A stretch of 62,416 nucleotides of DNA, counting the filler, from a bacterium (GTDB taxonomy: Bacteria; JALSQH01): NCBI GenBank assembly GCA_026985515.1. It is 8 parts of 8 records of this genome, joined end to end, with 100 filler letters (N's around TTAATTAATTAA, not from the genome) between each part and the next. Parts side by side here need not be neighbours in the genome. Positions count along the whole stretch, not along the records: positions 1 to 11,450 come from JALSQH010000140.1; 7 more parts are not named here. The stretch is one strand, 5' to 3'. The translations under genes and the position numbers were made by a program. Shown here piece by piece: positions 1-9,857 of this stretch (position 1 is its first letter; every line of letters begins with the position of its first letter). The notes beneath the pieces were generated by a model. The model saw only the letters and a list, made by a program, of their open reading frames with translations. It made no database searches and was not told where the DNA came from.

Positions 1-103
1 TAACATCCTTCCAGACACCTCCCTCCTTATACCTCATTACCACACTGTCAGGTTTATTCCTGACTCTCTCCATAAAAACTTCTGTAAAATTGTTGTACTT
101 CAT
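1..103 (-). CDS. Long-chain fatty-acid--CoA ligase (AMP-dependent synthetase), N-terminal fragment running off the window start
   Basis: Not in the ORF track. Manual translation gives MKYNNFTEVFMERVRNKPDSVVMRYKEGGVWKDV..., with SD GAGGAGG upstream. The 'F.ERV...PD.V.MRYKE.G.WK.V' pattern is typical of FadD15-like acyl-CoA synthetase N-termini. Confidence 0.65.
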   Translation of the reverse strand, partial: MKYNNFTEVFMERVRNKPDSVVMRYKEGGVWKDV

Positions 104-181
104 CATCCCCTCCTCAAAAGGATTTTTAAGAATTTTAGCACTGAAATTTCTAAATCCAAAATCCATCACTGGATATCAAAT

Positions 182-1255
182 TCACCTCCCCAGATACCCT
201 CTCACCAGCTTCAGATATTTATTTCCATACTCAATGGCAGGTTCAATCTGGGTTCCCTCATGCCATTCATTAAAAGATGTTATGATAATCCAGTCTGGAT
301 TGAATTTTCTGGCTTCCTCAATCAGCATAGAGAAGAACAACCCGTTATTCCTGGGAAGCTCAAATGTAAAAGTTCTACCCAGTTTTCCATCGTCGTAACC
401 GGGAATAACAGTTAAGCCAAAAAGCAAATTGTATGAATGGGCAAAATCAGCCATTTCTGCATAGTGAGAAGGAGGGTCAAAGTTTGAGTAAAACTCAAGG
501 GCGGGATTGTAAACATGCACAGCCTCAAAGCCCATTCTGACGACTTGCTCCATTGCTGAGGAGAAGCGTGGAGTCATCACGTCTGCAACAAGAAGAAGAT
601 TGCACTTCTCTTTTGCCATGACAATCAAATCTAACCAGTCAATATAAAATCTGTGCCTCCATCTACTGAAGGAAGCAAGATCCCAGAAGGCGGGGAAGAT
701 GGCTCTACCGTAGAGAAACATTACAGGTCTTCCCCCGTAGCGATAAAACAGATTCCTCCCAACATATTTTCCACAGATGTAGTCCAAATCATCTTCAATG
801 GTCGCAGGAGAGGTAAAATTCCCCTCATAGTAGAGAGTTAGTCTGATTTTTCCCCCTGATCTTTCATCAATATTAAACAACTTTTCAAGGTTCCTGTCAG
901 TCAGATCCCCCCTGCCCCACCAGCTCACAATAAATGCATCTATACCTGCATACTCCGCCCACCTCAGATGCTGTTCTATCACAGCTGTGTCTGCTGAATC
1001 ATATGGACCAAGAAAAGGATGGAAAGGCGAAGCAATATCGGGGAGTCCGTCTATCTTTTTGTCGGGATTATGACCTGATGCATTCCAGTGAATCCACCTG
1101 CCAGACACTGAAGGGTTACCATACCAGGGATAGTAAAAAGCGAGAAGATCCGGTCCATTTCTCCCCTCCCCTTTCCTTTCACCACTTCCACAATGAGAAA
1201 GAAAAAAAGAAGAAACAAAAAGAATCAGCAATGCGCTGAAAATCTTCCCCTTTAT
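182..1255 (-). CDS. Glycoside hydrolase family 99-like (endo-alpha-mannosidase/mannanase-like) lipoprotein
   Basis: Motifs AFYYPWYG, HPFLGPYDSAD, GIDAFIVSWW and ITSFNEWHEGTQIEP (GH99 catalytic ExxE region); lipobox-like FLSHC. The ORF track starts at TTG 1231, but SD position suggests ATA at 1255 (see findings). Confidence 0.85.
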   Translation of the reverse strand: MKGKIFSALLILFVSSFFLSHCGSGERKGEGRNGPDLLAFYYPWYGNPSVSGRWIHWNASGHNPDKKIDGLPDIASPFHPFLGPYDSADTAVIEQHLRWAEYAGIDAFIVSWWGRGDLTDRNLEKLFNIDERSGGKIRLTLYYEGNFTSPATIEDDLDYICGKYVGRNLFYRYGGRPVMFLYGRAIFPAFWDLASFSRWRHRFYIDWLDLIVMAKEKCNLLLVADVMTPRFSSAMEQVVRMGFEAVHVYNPALEFYSNFDPPSHYAEMADFAHSYNLLFGLTVIPGYDDGKLGRTFTFELPRNNGLFFSMLIEEARKFNPDWIIITSFNEWHEGTQIEPAIEYGNKYLKLVRGYLGR

Positions 1256-1322
1256 ATTAACCTCCTTTCTCCTTGATTATACAACCAGATCCCCCAAAAA
1301 AGCAAAGCGGGAAAAGTATCCA

Positions 1323-1366
1323 TGAACGGTTCAAATCTTTACATCCCACTTTTCCTGTGCTACCAT
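1323..1366 (+). promoter_or_regulatory. Sigma70-type promoter (TTTACA-17-TACCAT, extended TG) with upstream palindrome TGAACGGTTCA
   Basis: -35 at 1338-1343, -10 at 1361-1366, ATG 7 nt downstream with no SD. Perfect inverted repeat TGAAC-G-GTTCA at 1323-1333. Confidence 0.5.
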
Positions 1367-1373
1367 TTTAGCA

Positions 1374-2594
1374 ATGGGAAGCTTCATTTTTAACAAGTTT
1401 GAACCTGAGAAGTGTACCTACTGTGGACTCTGTTTCAACAAATGTCCGGTATTGCATCTCCCCCTCGCCAAGGCGATAGAAGAAATGCATCGTCTGGTAG
1501 ATGGAGAAGAAACGGAACATGTTCTCCAGAAATGCGAAAGTTGTTTTGCATGCAACTACATATGTCCGGAAGAGGCAAATCCTGCCCAGCTTATTCTTCA
1601 ACGATGGCATGAAAAATATGAAAAAGAGGGTATGGCACCCTATGGGTCTTACTTCATTCCCCATGAAAGCAAAAATTTCAGAACATATGTGTTGGAGAGA
1701 CTCCCATCAGATGAGAAGGAAATTTTAAAGAAATGGGAAGATACTTCCCCTGTGGAAGAAATATTTTATCCCGGCTGCAACATAATAACTGTACCCTATC
1801 TCACAAGATCCAGAATTTTTGATGGTTATACCTTTCGTGGATCCCTCAAATACTGCTGCGGAGAAATGTACCTTCGAATGGGTCTACCTGAAAAAGCTGT
1901 TGAATCTGGATTGAAAGTAAAAAATTGGCTAAAAAAAATGGGAGTTAAAAAGGTCACAATTGCCTGCACTGCAGGTTACAATATGTTCACAAATGTTCTA
2001 CCTTCCCTTGGCGTTGAGATGGAAGTTGAATTTGAGCACTTCTACCCTGTACTCTTAAAAAAGCTCCTTTCAGGAGAACTTAAAGTTGTCAATCCACTTA
2101 ATCTTACCGCAACCATCCAGGACTCATGTTACGGTAAAATCTTTGGAGATAAATTTCTAAACACTGTAAGAAAAATCCTTGAAATCATTGGTGTAAAAGT
2201 GATAGATCCTCCAAAATCTCGTCACACTGGATTATGCTGTGGAATAGCAGGAGGATTCAGTCAGTACTCCAATTTCAATCCTCTCAGAATCACAATCTCA
2301 ACCATTCGAAGCCTGAGGAATCTGACCTCTTACCAGTCAGACATCATTGCTGTTTACTGTGCAGGGTGTCTTCAGATGCTTTCTGTGGGTAAAATAGTTT
2401 ATCCCACAAAGAGAAAAATATTTCATCTTCTTGAACTTGTACAGATCGCTATAGGTGAGGAACCCGACAGAAGGGTGGATCATCGAGCACGCCATTTTCT
2501 TGTCGGTACATTGATAAACCAGATTCCTCTGATGTTCAAAAAAGAAAGATACTACGTGGGAAAAATCTACACAGGAGAGGATGATGAAGTTTAA
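1374..2594 (+). CDS. (Fe-S)-binding oxidoreductase, HdrD/GlpC family (two 4Fe-4S motifs plus two CCG domains)
   Basis: CTYCGLCFNKCP and CESCFACNYICP ferredoxin motifs; YPGC..CCG..ACTAG and QDSC..CCG..YCAGC CCG domains. Confidence 0.85.
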   Translation: MGSFIFNKFEPEKCTYCGLCFNKCPVLHLPLAKAIEEMHRLVDGEETEHVLQKCESCFACNYICPEEANPAQLILQRWHEKYEKEGMAPYGSYFIPHESKNFRTYVLERLPSDEKEILKKWEDTSPVEEIFYPGCNIITVPYLTRSRIFDGYTFRGSLKYCCGEMYLRMGLPEKAVESGLKVKNWLKKMGVKKVTIACTAGYNMFTNVLPSLGVEMEVEFEHFYPVLLKKLLSGELKVVNPLNLTATIQDSCYGKIFGDKFLNTVRKILEIIGVKVIDPPKSRHTGLCCGIAGGFSQYSNFNPLRITISTIRSLRNLTSYQSDIIAVYCAGCLQMLSVGKIVYPTKRKIFHLLELVQIAIGEEPDRRVDHRARHFLVGTLINQIPLMFKKERYYVGKIYTGEDDEV

Positions 2595-4014
2595 CGGTTT
2601 TAAATATGACAGATGCCTCTACTGTGGAGAATGCTTTGCAAACTGTCCCGTGGTTAATCTATCAATTGACACAGCGATTGAAGAAATCATGAAACTTATC
2701 AGACACGATGTGGAGAACTCAATAATATTCTCAAGATGCACGACCTGCAATGTTTGTAACCTCTATTGTCCAGAAGATGCCCTCCCCTATGAACTTGTTC
2801 TTGAAAATTTTAACCTGATTGCTGAAAGGAGAGGCTTACCATTTTTAGCCCGCCTCGTATTTCCAGATGAACCTCACAATATGTGGTCACTTATGAAACA
2901 CCTTCTCCCGGAAGATGAAAAGAATCTGATAAAAAAGTGGAAAATCAATCTTAATAACTCTCACGAAACAGCTATTCTTGCCGGTTTCTATACAAATCTG
3001 ATCCCCTACATTGCCGATACAGAACTTCTTGGAAATCTCAGAGACCACATTATCGGCTATGAAGGTCTCTTTGGCTCAGGTGGTGACATGTACAAACTGG
3101 GACTTTTGAAGAAAACCTACCAGGTTGGCCTTCGTATGAAATACCATCTTGAAAACATCGGAGTGAAAAAACTTTACACCATGATGGAACCTGAGGCGGC
3201 AATGCTTAAGGAAGTTTATCCTCAGCGGTTTGGAATTAAATTTGACATTGAAATTGACACAGTGGACAATCTGCTCCTCCAAAAGATCAAAAGTGGCGAA
3301 ATTAAAATCAAAAAACCTCTCAACATGAGAGTAACCCTTCATGATAACTGCTGTTCACGATACTTCAATCTGAAGCCACAGGAGATCAGCAGAGAAATTA
3401 TAAAACTAACTGGAAATACACTTGTAGAAATGAAACATTCCCGTGAAAAAGCTCTCTGTTGTGGATGGGCAGCAACAATTCCCACTCTTTACAGGAAAAA
3501 ATTCAGCATAAAAGAAACCCTCTTTTACCTTCTTTACAGCCTTTATGTGAGAATAAAAGAAGCTGAGGAATCAGGAGCTGATGCCCTTGTAACTTCGTGT
3601 CACGCATGCACAATTTTCCTGACTCTTATGGCGGAACTCCTCAACAGCAATTTAAAAATACTGCATATTCAGGAACTTGTAAGACTTGCGTCTGGAGAAG
3701 ACTACAGGAGCAGAATTAACGAGAGAGTATGGGATCTTTTAGCCATCGTAATAAATCTGGTGGTGGAATGGATAAGATCCCCTTCAGGAGAAAAATACTT
3801 CTTTTCAAAAGAAACTCCACCCTTTGGGACAATAGAAATTGATGCTTCAGAAAATGAAATCAAAAGAACAAAGCTGGTCAGAAGCAGCATTGAAAAATTG
3901 AGGAAAAATAATCTCTTCCGCAATCAACTATCGATGATTTTAAAAAGATCACTTGAATTTTACGGTAAGTTTACCAACAGAAAAATAGAAGGCGGTAATC
4001 TTGTAGGTCTTTAA
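2581..4014 (+). CDS. Second HdrD/GlpC-family (Fe-S)-binding protein, paralog of the upstream gene, with a cysteine-free first CCG domain
   Basis: CLYCGECFANCP and CTTCNVCNLYCP; second CCG domain HDNCC..CCG..SCHAC intact; overlaps the upstream stop (translational coupling). Confidence 0.85.
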   Translation: MMKFNGFKYDRCLYCGECFANCPVVNLSIDTAIEEIMKLIRHDVENSIIFSRCTTCNVCNLYCPEDALPYELVLENFNLIAERRGLPFLARLVFPDEPHNMWSLMKHLLPEDEKNLIKKWKINLNNSHETAILAGFYTNLIPYIADTELLGNLRDHIIGYEGLFGSGGDMYKLGLLKKTYQVGLRMKYHLENIGVKKLYTMMEPEAAMLKEVYPQRFGIKFDIEIDTVDNLLLQKIKSGEIKIKKPLNMRVTLHDNCCSRYFNLKPQEISREIIKLTGNTLVEMKHSREKALCCGWAATIPTLYRKKFSIKETLFYLLYSLYVRIKEAEESGADALVTSCHACTIFLTLMAELLNSNLKILHIQELVRLASGEDYRSRINERVWDLLAIVINLVVEWIRSPSGEKYFFSKETPPFGTIEIDASENEIKRTKLVRSSIEKLRKNNLFRNQLSMILKRSLEFYGKFTNRKIEGGNLVGL

Positions 4015-4028
4015 GAAAGGAGGTCACG

Positions 4029-6734
4029 ATGAAGAAAATAGCTCTCTTTATCCTTCTGACCACAATACTGCTCTTTTCATGTTCCAGAGGTTCAGAAGAA
4101 AAAAACACAAAAATCAAAGAAATAAACACTGGTGCTTTGAAAAACAAAGTATATGTTTATTACGACGAATATCAGGTACCCCACATATATGCGATGAATG
4201 ACGGAGACCTTTACTGGACATTCGGATATATTGAAGCAAGAGATAGATTGTTTCAACTGGAGTTGTTCAGAAGACTTGCCACTGGCAGGTTGTCCGAATT
4301 GATAGGAGACATAGGTGGACTGATTACCCAGCTTGACTGGACAATGCGTGCAATGAATCTTACTCCAGAGGGAAGAGAAGTATGGGATTTAATGGTGGAA
4401 AAATCAAACCCTGCCATTGTGGATATAGTTAACAGGTTCGTTTCAGGGATAAATACTTACATTGATGAAATTAAGGCCGGAAAGGATGTGTACTACCCGG
4501 TTGAATTCAAGTATCTGAAAATAACCCCGGACCTGCTGGATCACTGGAAGGCAAGAGATGTTTTTGCAATCGACCGTCTGCTTACATTTTTTCTCTCAAC
4601 AACCCTTGATGAAGAATTTCTCTTTTCCTCCTGGTATGTAAATCTGAAAGGAAAAGATGACGATCTCTTAAACGAACTTCTTGACCTCAGACCGGTGGCG
4701 AAAACTCCCACCCTGCCCTATTTTTCCTGGAATGCTTCACCCTCACCGGCACCTGAAACAAATTCAAACTTTAGAAGTAGCTTACCATCAACACCCCTAA
4801 AAAATTTCTATACATTTCTGGAACTTGTAAGACAGGTTTTTCATCTTCCCTTTACAGGTTGGGCGAGTAACAACTTCGTCGTTTCTGGTGCAAAAAGTGC
4901 CACTGGTCACGCTTTTTTAGCAAATGACCCCCACCTTGAACTACTGAATCCATCCATTCTCTATGAACTTCACCTTGACTCAAAATCACTTCCAGGTGCA
5001 ACAGGAACTCTTGATGTTGAAGGTTTGACCTTTGTAGGTGTCCCGGCAATTGTGATAGGACACAATGAACATCTTGCGTGGGGTGGGACATTTCTGGGTT
5101 ACGATGTAACTGACCTTTACGCGGAAAAAATCACGATTCAGAATGGAAAAGATTACTTTTATCACAATGGAAACTGGTATCCTGTAAAACACTTCTTCCA
5201 TATCATCAAAGTCAGAAACTATCCATCCAACACATTTTCTGAAATTTATGCAGACTTCCCCTACATAAAATGGAATGACACAAACTGGCACGGGCCTCTC
5301 TTTCGCCTGACCAATCTTCCACCAACAGCGGGGTTTATACTAATGACTCCCTCCGGGATGAGAGGAATAGTAAACGTAGCAATAAAATGGACAGGAATGA
5401 TTCCAACCAGCGAGGCTGAGGCCTATATTGAAATTAACAGGGCAAAGACCTATGAAGATTTCGTAAGAGCAGCCAGATTGATAGGGGTTGGCGGACAGAA
5501 TCTTGTATTTGCAGATGATAATGGTAATATTGGATATGCTCCCTTTGCCCTCGTACCAAAACGTCAGTTATCTCCAGGTAGTAAGCCCTGGATGATAATG
5601 GATGGGACAGTGGATAACGAATGGACTGGATTTGTACCACTTGATGAACTTCCCCAGGTAACATGTAAAGAAGAAATTGAAAAATACAACCAAAGAGGCT
5701 TCATTGCCACTGCCAATAATGAACAGTATGGCGAGTCTTACGACAACGATCCCATGAATGGTAAGTATTACCTCATGTCTGATGCCGACATAGGATTCAG
5801 AGAAGAGAGAATCACTCATCTTTTAGAAAAGGGAGTCAAAGAGCACAAAATTGATATAAACTATCTTGAAAAAGTTCAGACAGATGACTACAGCCTGGTT
5901 GGAGAGTATTTCATGGATATTCTGAGAAAAAAATATCTCAATTCCAGTGAAGCAAAGAATCTCATTTCACAGGATAATCTTTCAAGTGCTCTGAACTACC
6001 TCTACAAATGGTCCTACTACACTCCTACAGGAACAGGTGATCCATTTGGGAAAAGGGTAACAGATTCAGAGATAAATGATAGCGTTGCCACAACCATATT
6101 TCATGCATGGATAAAAAGAATTGTGAAAAATACAATTTATGACGAACTGGATTTCTATGATGTGCCACATCCTTTCAATGAGTGGGGTGTAAAAATTCTC
6201 TACTACCTTCTGACAGCCACTTCCACCACTGATTCTCCAACATATGATCCTTCTCTCGGATACAGCAAACTTTTTGACGACATCAACACATCCAGGCAGG
6301 AAACTCCACTTGAAATAATTGTAAAATCTCTCAGAGAAACTGTGGAGTTCCTGTCAGAAAAAACCGGCAACGACAATCCATACTACTGGAGATGGGGAGA
6401 CTTTCACAAGTCACTCTTCATAGACCCATTCATACCATACACAAGGGGCCCCTTCCCGAGGGATGGCGGAGACTTTACCGTGAATGTTGGGAAAACAGAT
6501 TCAAGTGGAACAGACTTCACAAATACACATGCAGCTGTAACAAGATTTATTGTGGAATTGAATCCACATCATATAACAGCTATCAATTCTCTGCCTGGCT
6601 ATAATTCAGACAGATTTCCTCAACTCGAGCAGTACGACCAGCTCCCCCTGTGGCTCCACAATAAGTACCGCAAAATGCATTTCTACCTTCCCAACGTAAG
6701 AAAACATGTAACTGAGGAATTAATTTTAAGGTAG
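4029..6734 (+). CDS. Penicillin acylase family (S45, Ntn-hydrolase) lipoprotein, AHL-acylase/PvdQ-QuiP-like
   Basis: Lipobox LFSC; DEYQVPHIYA, GYIEARDRLFQLE, nucleophile site A-SNNFVVSG..ANDPHL, IGHNEHLAWG, GFIATANN, WRWGDFH; SD AAGGAGG. Confidence 0.9.
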   Translation: MKKIALFILLTTILLFSCSRGSEEKNTKIKEINTGALKNKVYVYYDEYQVPHIYAMNDGDLYWTFGYIEARDRLFQLELFRRLATGRLSELIGDIGGLITQLDWTMRAMNLTPEGREVWDLMVEKSNPAIVDIVNRFVSGINTYIDEIKAGKDVYYPVEFKYLKITPDLLDHWKARDVFAIDRLLTFFLSTTLDEEFLFSSWYVNLKGKDDDLLNELLDLRPVAKTPTLPYFSWNASPSPAPETNSNFRSSLPSTPLKNFYTFLELVRQVFHLPFTGWASNNFVVSGAKSATGHAFLANDPHLELLNPSILYELHLDSKSLPGATGTLDVEGLTFVGVPAIVIGHNEHLAWGGTFLGYDVTDLYAEKITIQNGKDYFYHNGNWYPVKHFFHIIKVRNYPSNTFSEIYADFPYIKWNDTNWHGPLFRLTNLPPTAGFILMTPSGMRGIVNVAIKWTGMIPTSEAEAYIEINRAKTYEDFVRAARLIGVGGQNLVFADDNGNIGYAPFALVPKRQLSPGSKPWMIMDGTVDNEWTGFVPLDELPQVTCKEEIEKYNQRGFIATANNEQYGESYDNDPMNGKYYLMSDADIGFREERITHLLEKGVKEHKIDINYLEKVQTDDYSLVGEYFMDILRKKYLNSSEAKNLISQDNLSSALNYLYKWSYYTPTGTGDPFGKRVTDSEINDSVATTIFHAWIKRIVKNTIYDELDFYDVPHPFNEWGVKILYYLLTATSTTDSPTYDPSLGYSKLFDDINTSRQETPLEIIVKSLRETVEFLSEKTGNDNPYYWRWGDFHKSLFIDPFIPYTRGPFPRDGGDFTVNVGKTDSSGTDFTNTHAAVTRFIVELNPHHITAINSLPGYNSDRFPQLEQYDQLPLWLHNKYRKMHFYLPNVRKHVTEELILR

Positions 6735-6856
6735 AAAAGGAGTTACCACCAACTTTTTAGAGTTTGTCAGTCTAATAAGTAACTGAAAAATCAGGATATA
6801 AAATATACTCCTAATTGATGCATGGAAAGTCACTGAAAAGCTGTTTTTTAGAAAAG

Positions 6857-6889
6857 AAAAAAGGGTGGGAGCAACCACCCTTTTTTTTT
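6857..6889. terminator. Bidirectional intrinsic terminator between the convergent acylase and ndk
   Basis: AAAAAA-GGGTGG-GAGCAA-CCACCC-TTTTTTTTT hairpin with A/T tracts on both sides, abutting the ndk stop. Confidence 0.85.
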
Positions 6890-7319
6890 ACTTCTCAGAA
6901 TTGACTATTTCAACTGTGCTGAAAAAATAAGGAATTTCAAAAGCAGCAGATTCAGGACTGTCAGAGCCATGGATGGTATTTTTCTCAATATCGGTGGCAA
7001 AATCCCTCCGGATGGTCCCGGGTGCAGCTTTGGATGGATCTGTAGCGCCCATGATTTCTCTAACTCTGGAAATAGCGTTCTCACCCTCAATCACCATTAC
7101 TACACATGGGCCTGATGTCATAAATTCAATCAAACTGTCAAAAAAGGGTTTATCCCTGTGAACATAGTAAAACCCTTCTGCCTGCTCCCTGCTGAGGTGG
7201 AGCATTTTCATGGCAGCAATTCTCAGCCCTGCATCCTCAAATCTCTTTATGATTTCACCAATTATGTTTTTCTCCACCCCATCAGGTTTTATAATTGAGA
7301 GGGTTCTTTCTACTGCCAT
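6888..7319 (-). CDS. ndk: Nucleoside-diphosphate kinase
   Basis: [32 protein letters not shown] (catalytic His). Confidence 0.98.
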   Translation of the reverse strand: MAVERTLSIIKPDGVEKNIIGEIIKRFEDAGLRIAAMKMLHLSREQAEGFYYVHRDKPFFDSLIEFMTSGPCVVMVIEGENAISRVREIMGATDPSKAAPGTIRRDFATDIEKNTIHGSDSPESAAFEIPYFFSTVEIVNSEK

Positions 7320-7331
7320 TTTACACCTCTC

Positions 7332-7880
7332 TTATCCACCCTTTTTCAGAAGTTCCTCAATCCTCTTTACTCCCTCATCAAAAGCCTTCATGTTGAGATC
7401 AACAAAGGCAGGTGGTACTCTGTCCTTGATGGCCTGTCTGAGGGACTCTTCTTTCGGGATTCCTGTTACTGCATAAATTGCACCAAGTGCTATAACATTT
7501 GCCACCTGGACCTTTCCCATAACCTCTTTGGCAATTCTGTAAAAGGGAATCAGATAGGTCCTTTCATCAGGTTTCAATCCTGGATTAAGATCAGTATCAG
7601 CAACGATGATAACATCATCAGCAAGATTCACAGCAAAAGCGTGGAAAGATTTTTCATGAAAGGAAAGCATCACATTGATATTTGTTGCTCTGGGAAAAAT
7701 TATCGGTTCATCATCCACAATAACATCCACTTTTGTAGGCCCACCTCTAACAGCAGCGGTATAAGATGGACTCTGTACAGCATGCTTCCCCTCATACTTG
7801 ATCATGGCATTGGCAAAAATGACTCCAGCCAGGATTGCTCCCTGACCTCCTACTCCTGCGAATCTGTATTCCAAGTGCAT
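7332..7880 (-). CDS. korC: 2-oxoacid (2-oxoglutarate):ferredoxin oxidoreductase gamma subunit
   Basis: RFAGVGGQGAILAG, QSPSYTAAVRGG, ANVIALGA, NMKAFDEG; lies in the kor operon. Confidence 0.9.
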   Translation of the reverse strand: MHLEYRFAGVGGQGAILAGVIFANAMIKYEGKHAVQSPSYTAAVRGGPTKVDVIVDDEPIIFPRATNINVMLSFHEKSFHAFAVNLADDVIIVADTDLNPGLKPDERTYLIPFYRIAKEVMGKVQVANVIALGAIYAVTGIPKEESLRQAIKDRVPPAFVDLNMKAFDEGVKRIEELLKKGG

Positions 7881-7903
7881 TTCCTCGCTCCTTTCACGAT
7901 TTT

Positions 7904-8725
7904 TTACTTACTGGCACCTTTTACTCTTTCCACCATCTTAGCGTACTCTTCAGTATATTCGGGTCTGGTCTTCTTCACAAAAGTTCCAATTACAAACTTC
8001 CCTTCCAGCTCCTCAGGAGACATATCCTTTGCCTTCCTCAGTGGTACTTCTCTCTCCTTTATCCAGTGCCTGAGAACAAGCTGATCTCCCATTTTGTTTC
8101 TTCTTCCAAACTGAATATGGCAGTTGGAAACAACTTCAATTACTGAAAAACCTTTATTCTGCAAACCTTCCTTGATCTGTCTCTCCATGAGAGCAGGATT
8201 GTTCACAGTGGATCTTGCAACATAGGTAGCTCCAGCCCCTATTGCAAGATTGACAGTATCAAAGTTTGGTTCAACATTGCCATATGGCATTGTGGAAGCT
8301 CTGTATCCCGCAGGAGTTGTGGGTGAAACCTGACCTCCTGTCATCCCGTAAATCATGTTATTCAAAACGATGAGGGTAATATCAATGTTTCTTCTGCAGG
8401 CATGAATGAAGTGATTTCCACCAATAGCGAGAGCATCACCATCACCACTTACAACAATAACATGCTTATCAGGTCTGGCATGTTTGATTCCAGTAGCAAA
8501 GGCAAGAGCCCTTCCGTGGGTTGTGTGCAGAGTGTTAAAGTTAACATAACCGGGCATCCTTGAAGTGCAACCGATTCCAGAAACAAGGGCAACATCTTCC
8601 CTTTTCCAGCCCATTTTATGAACTGCCCTGATAATTGCCTTCATCAAAATACCAATTCCACAGCCCGGACACCATATGTTCGGGAATTTATCTTCTCTTA
8701 TGTATGGTTTGTAATTGAACGCCAT
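7904..8725 (-). CDS. korB: 2-oxoglutarate:ferredoxin oxidoreductase beta subunit (TPP-binding)
   Basis: WCPGCG, SGIGC, HTTHGRA, GDGDALAIGGNH, NNMIYGMTGGQ; start moved to MAFNYK at 8725 (SD GGAGG). Confidence 0.93.
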   Translation of the reverse strand: MAFNYKPYIREDKFPNIWCPGCGIGILMKAIIRAVHKMGWKREDVALVSGIGCTSRMPGYVNFNTLHTTHGRALAFATGIKHARPDKHVIVVSGDGDALAIGGNHFIHACRRNIDITLIVLNNMIYGMTGGQVSPTTPAGYRASTMPYGNVEPNFDTVNLAIGAGATYVARSTVNNPALMERQIKEGLQNKGFSVIEVVSNCHIQFGRRNKMGDQLVLRHWIKEREVPLRKAKDMSPEELEGKFVIGTFVKKTRPEYTEEYAKMVERVKGASK

Positions 8726-8726
8726 T

Positions 8727-9857
8727 TTACGCCACCTCCTTGATTTTCGCGAGAATTTCTGGAGGTTCAATTGGCTGTCCATTTGCTTTGAGCACTCCAT
8801 AAACGGGAGTTACCCCGCGAACAGCCCTCTCAACCTCACGAATCATCATTCCAAGATTCATCTCAGCAACAACCACAGCCTTCGCCTTTTCGGCAAGATC
8901 ATAAACCCTCTTTTCAGGGAATGGCCAGAGTGTAAGTGGTCTCAACAAACCAGCCTTTATTCCCTGCTCGCGAGCCCATTTAACAGCCACTTCGGCAGCA
9001 AGTCCGGTGGAACCAAAGGCGAAGACAAGGATTTCAGCATCTTCGGTGTAGTGTTCAACATTTTTCTCGAGCCACTCTCTGTTTCCAAAAACTTTCCTCA
9101 GCATTCTCTCAATCAGGGCACCACATTTCACCGGGTTTGTGGTGGGAAATCCAGTTTTATCATGGTGCAAACCTGTTGTATGGAAGGGATACTCAAAATA
9201 ACTACCCATGGGAGGAACATCTCCATAGGAATCATCGTAGGGCAGATACTCCTCAGGGGGAACAGTGGGCTTCGGTCTGTCTATGATCTCCAGTTCACTA
9301 TCATCAGGGATCATCACATCTCCTGTCATGTGACCAATAATCTCATCAAGAAGGAGAACCACGGGTGTTCTCAACTTCTCAGCTATATTGAAAGCCCTGA
9401 CTGTTTCCAGATAAACTTCCTCAAGGGTTCCAGGAGTCAAAACAACCACAGCGTGGTCACCATGGGTACCCCAGATAGCCTGCATAACATCACCCTGAGC
9501 AGGAAACGTGGGCAGTCCTGTGGATGGACCACCTCTCATAACATCAACAATCACCACTGGTGCCTCCACCATTGAAGCAAACCCAAGATTCTCCTGTTTG
9601 AGTGAAAAACCGGGACCACTTGTGGCAGTCATACTCTTCAAACCTGCCAGAGACGCACCGGTTGCAGCAGCCATGCTGGCAATCTCATCTTCCATCTGGA
9701 TGAACTTACCATCAACCTTGGGCAACAGCTCAGCCATCTTTTCAGCAATTTCTGACGATGGTGTTATGGGATATCCTGCATAAAAGCGGCAACCTGCGGC
9801 AATTGCCGCTCTTGCCACAGCCTCATTACCTGACATTACTTCTAATCTCTTAGCCAC
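8727..9857 (-). CDS. korA: 2-oxoglutarate:ferredoxin oxidoreductase alpha subunit
   Basis: GNEAVA, YAGYPITPSSEI, QMEDEIAS, TATSGPGFSLKQE, RGGPSTGLPT, EMNLG; GTG start at 9857 behind SD GAGGAGG. Confidence 0.93.
   Translation of the reverse strand: MAKRLEVMSGNEAVARAAIAAGCRFYAGYPITPSSEIAEKMAELLPKVDGKFIQMEDEIASMAAATGASLAGLKSMTATSGPGFSLKQENLGFASMVEAPVVIVDVMRGGPSTGLPTFPAQGDVMQAIWGTHGDHAVVVLTPGTLEEVYLETVRAFNIAEKLRTPVVLLLDEIIGHMTGDVMIPDDSELEIIDRPKPTVPPEEYLPYDDSYGDVPPMGSYFEYPFHTTGLHHDKTGFPTTNPVKCGALIERMLRKVFGNREWLEKNVEHYTEDAEILVFAFGSTGLAAEVAVKWAREQGIKAGLLRPLTLWPFPEKRVYDLAEKAKAVVVAEMNLGMMIREVERAVRGVTPVYGVLKANGQPIEPPEILAKIKEVA

Noticed and set aside
8715-9575. 286-aa plus-strand ORF, and similar long antisense ORFs (e.g. 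18577-19176, 35564-35971)
   Set aside because: Shadow frames opposite well-supported genes (korA, MCP, clpB), with no recognisable motifs.
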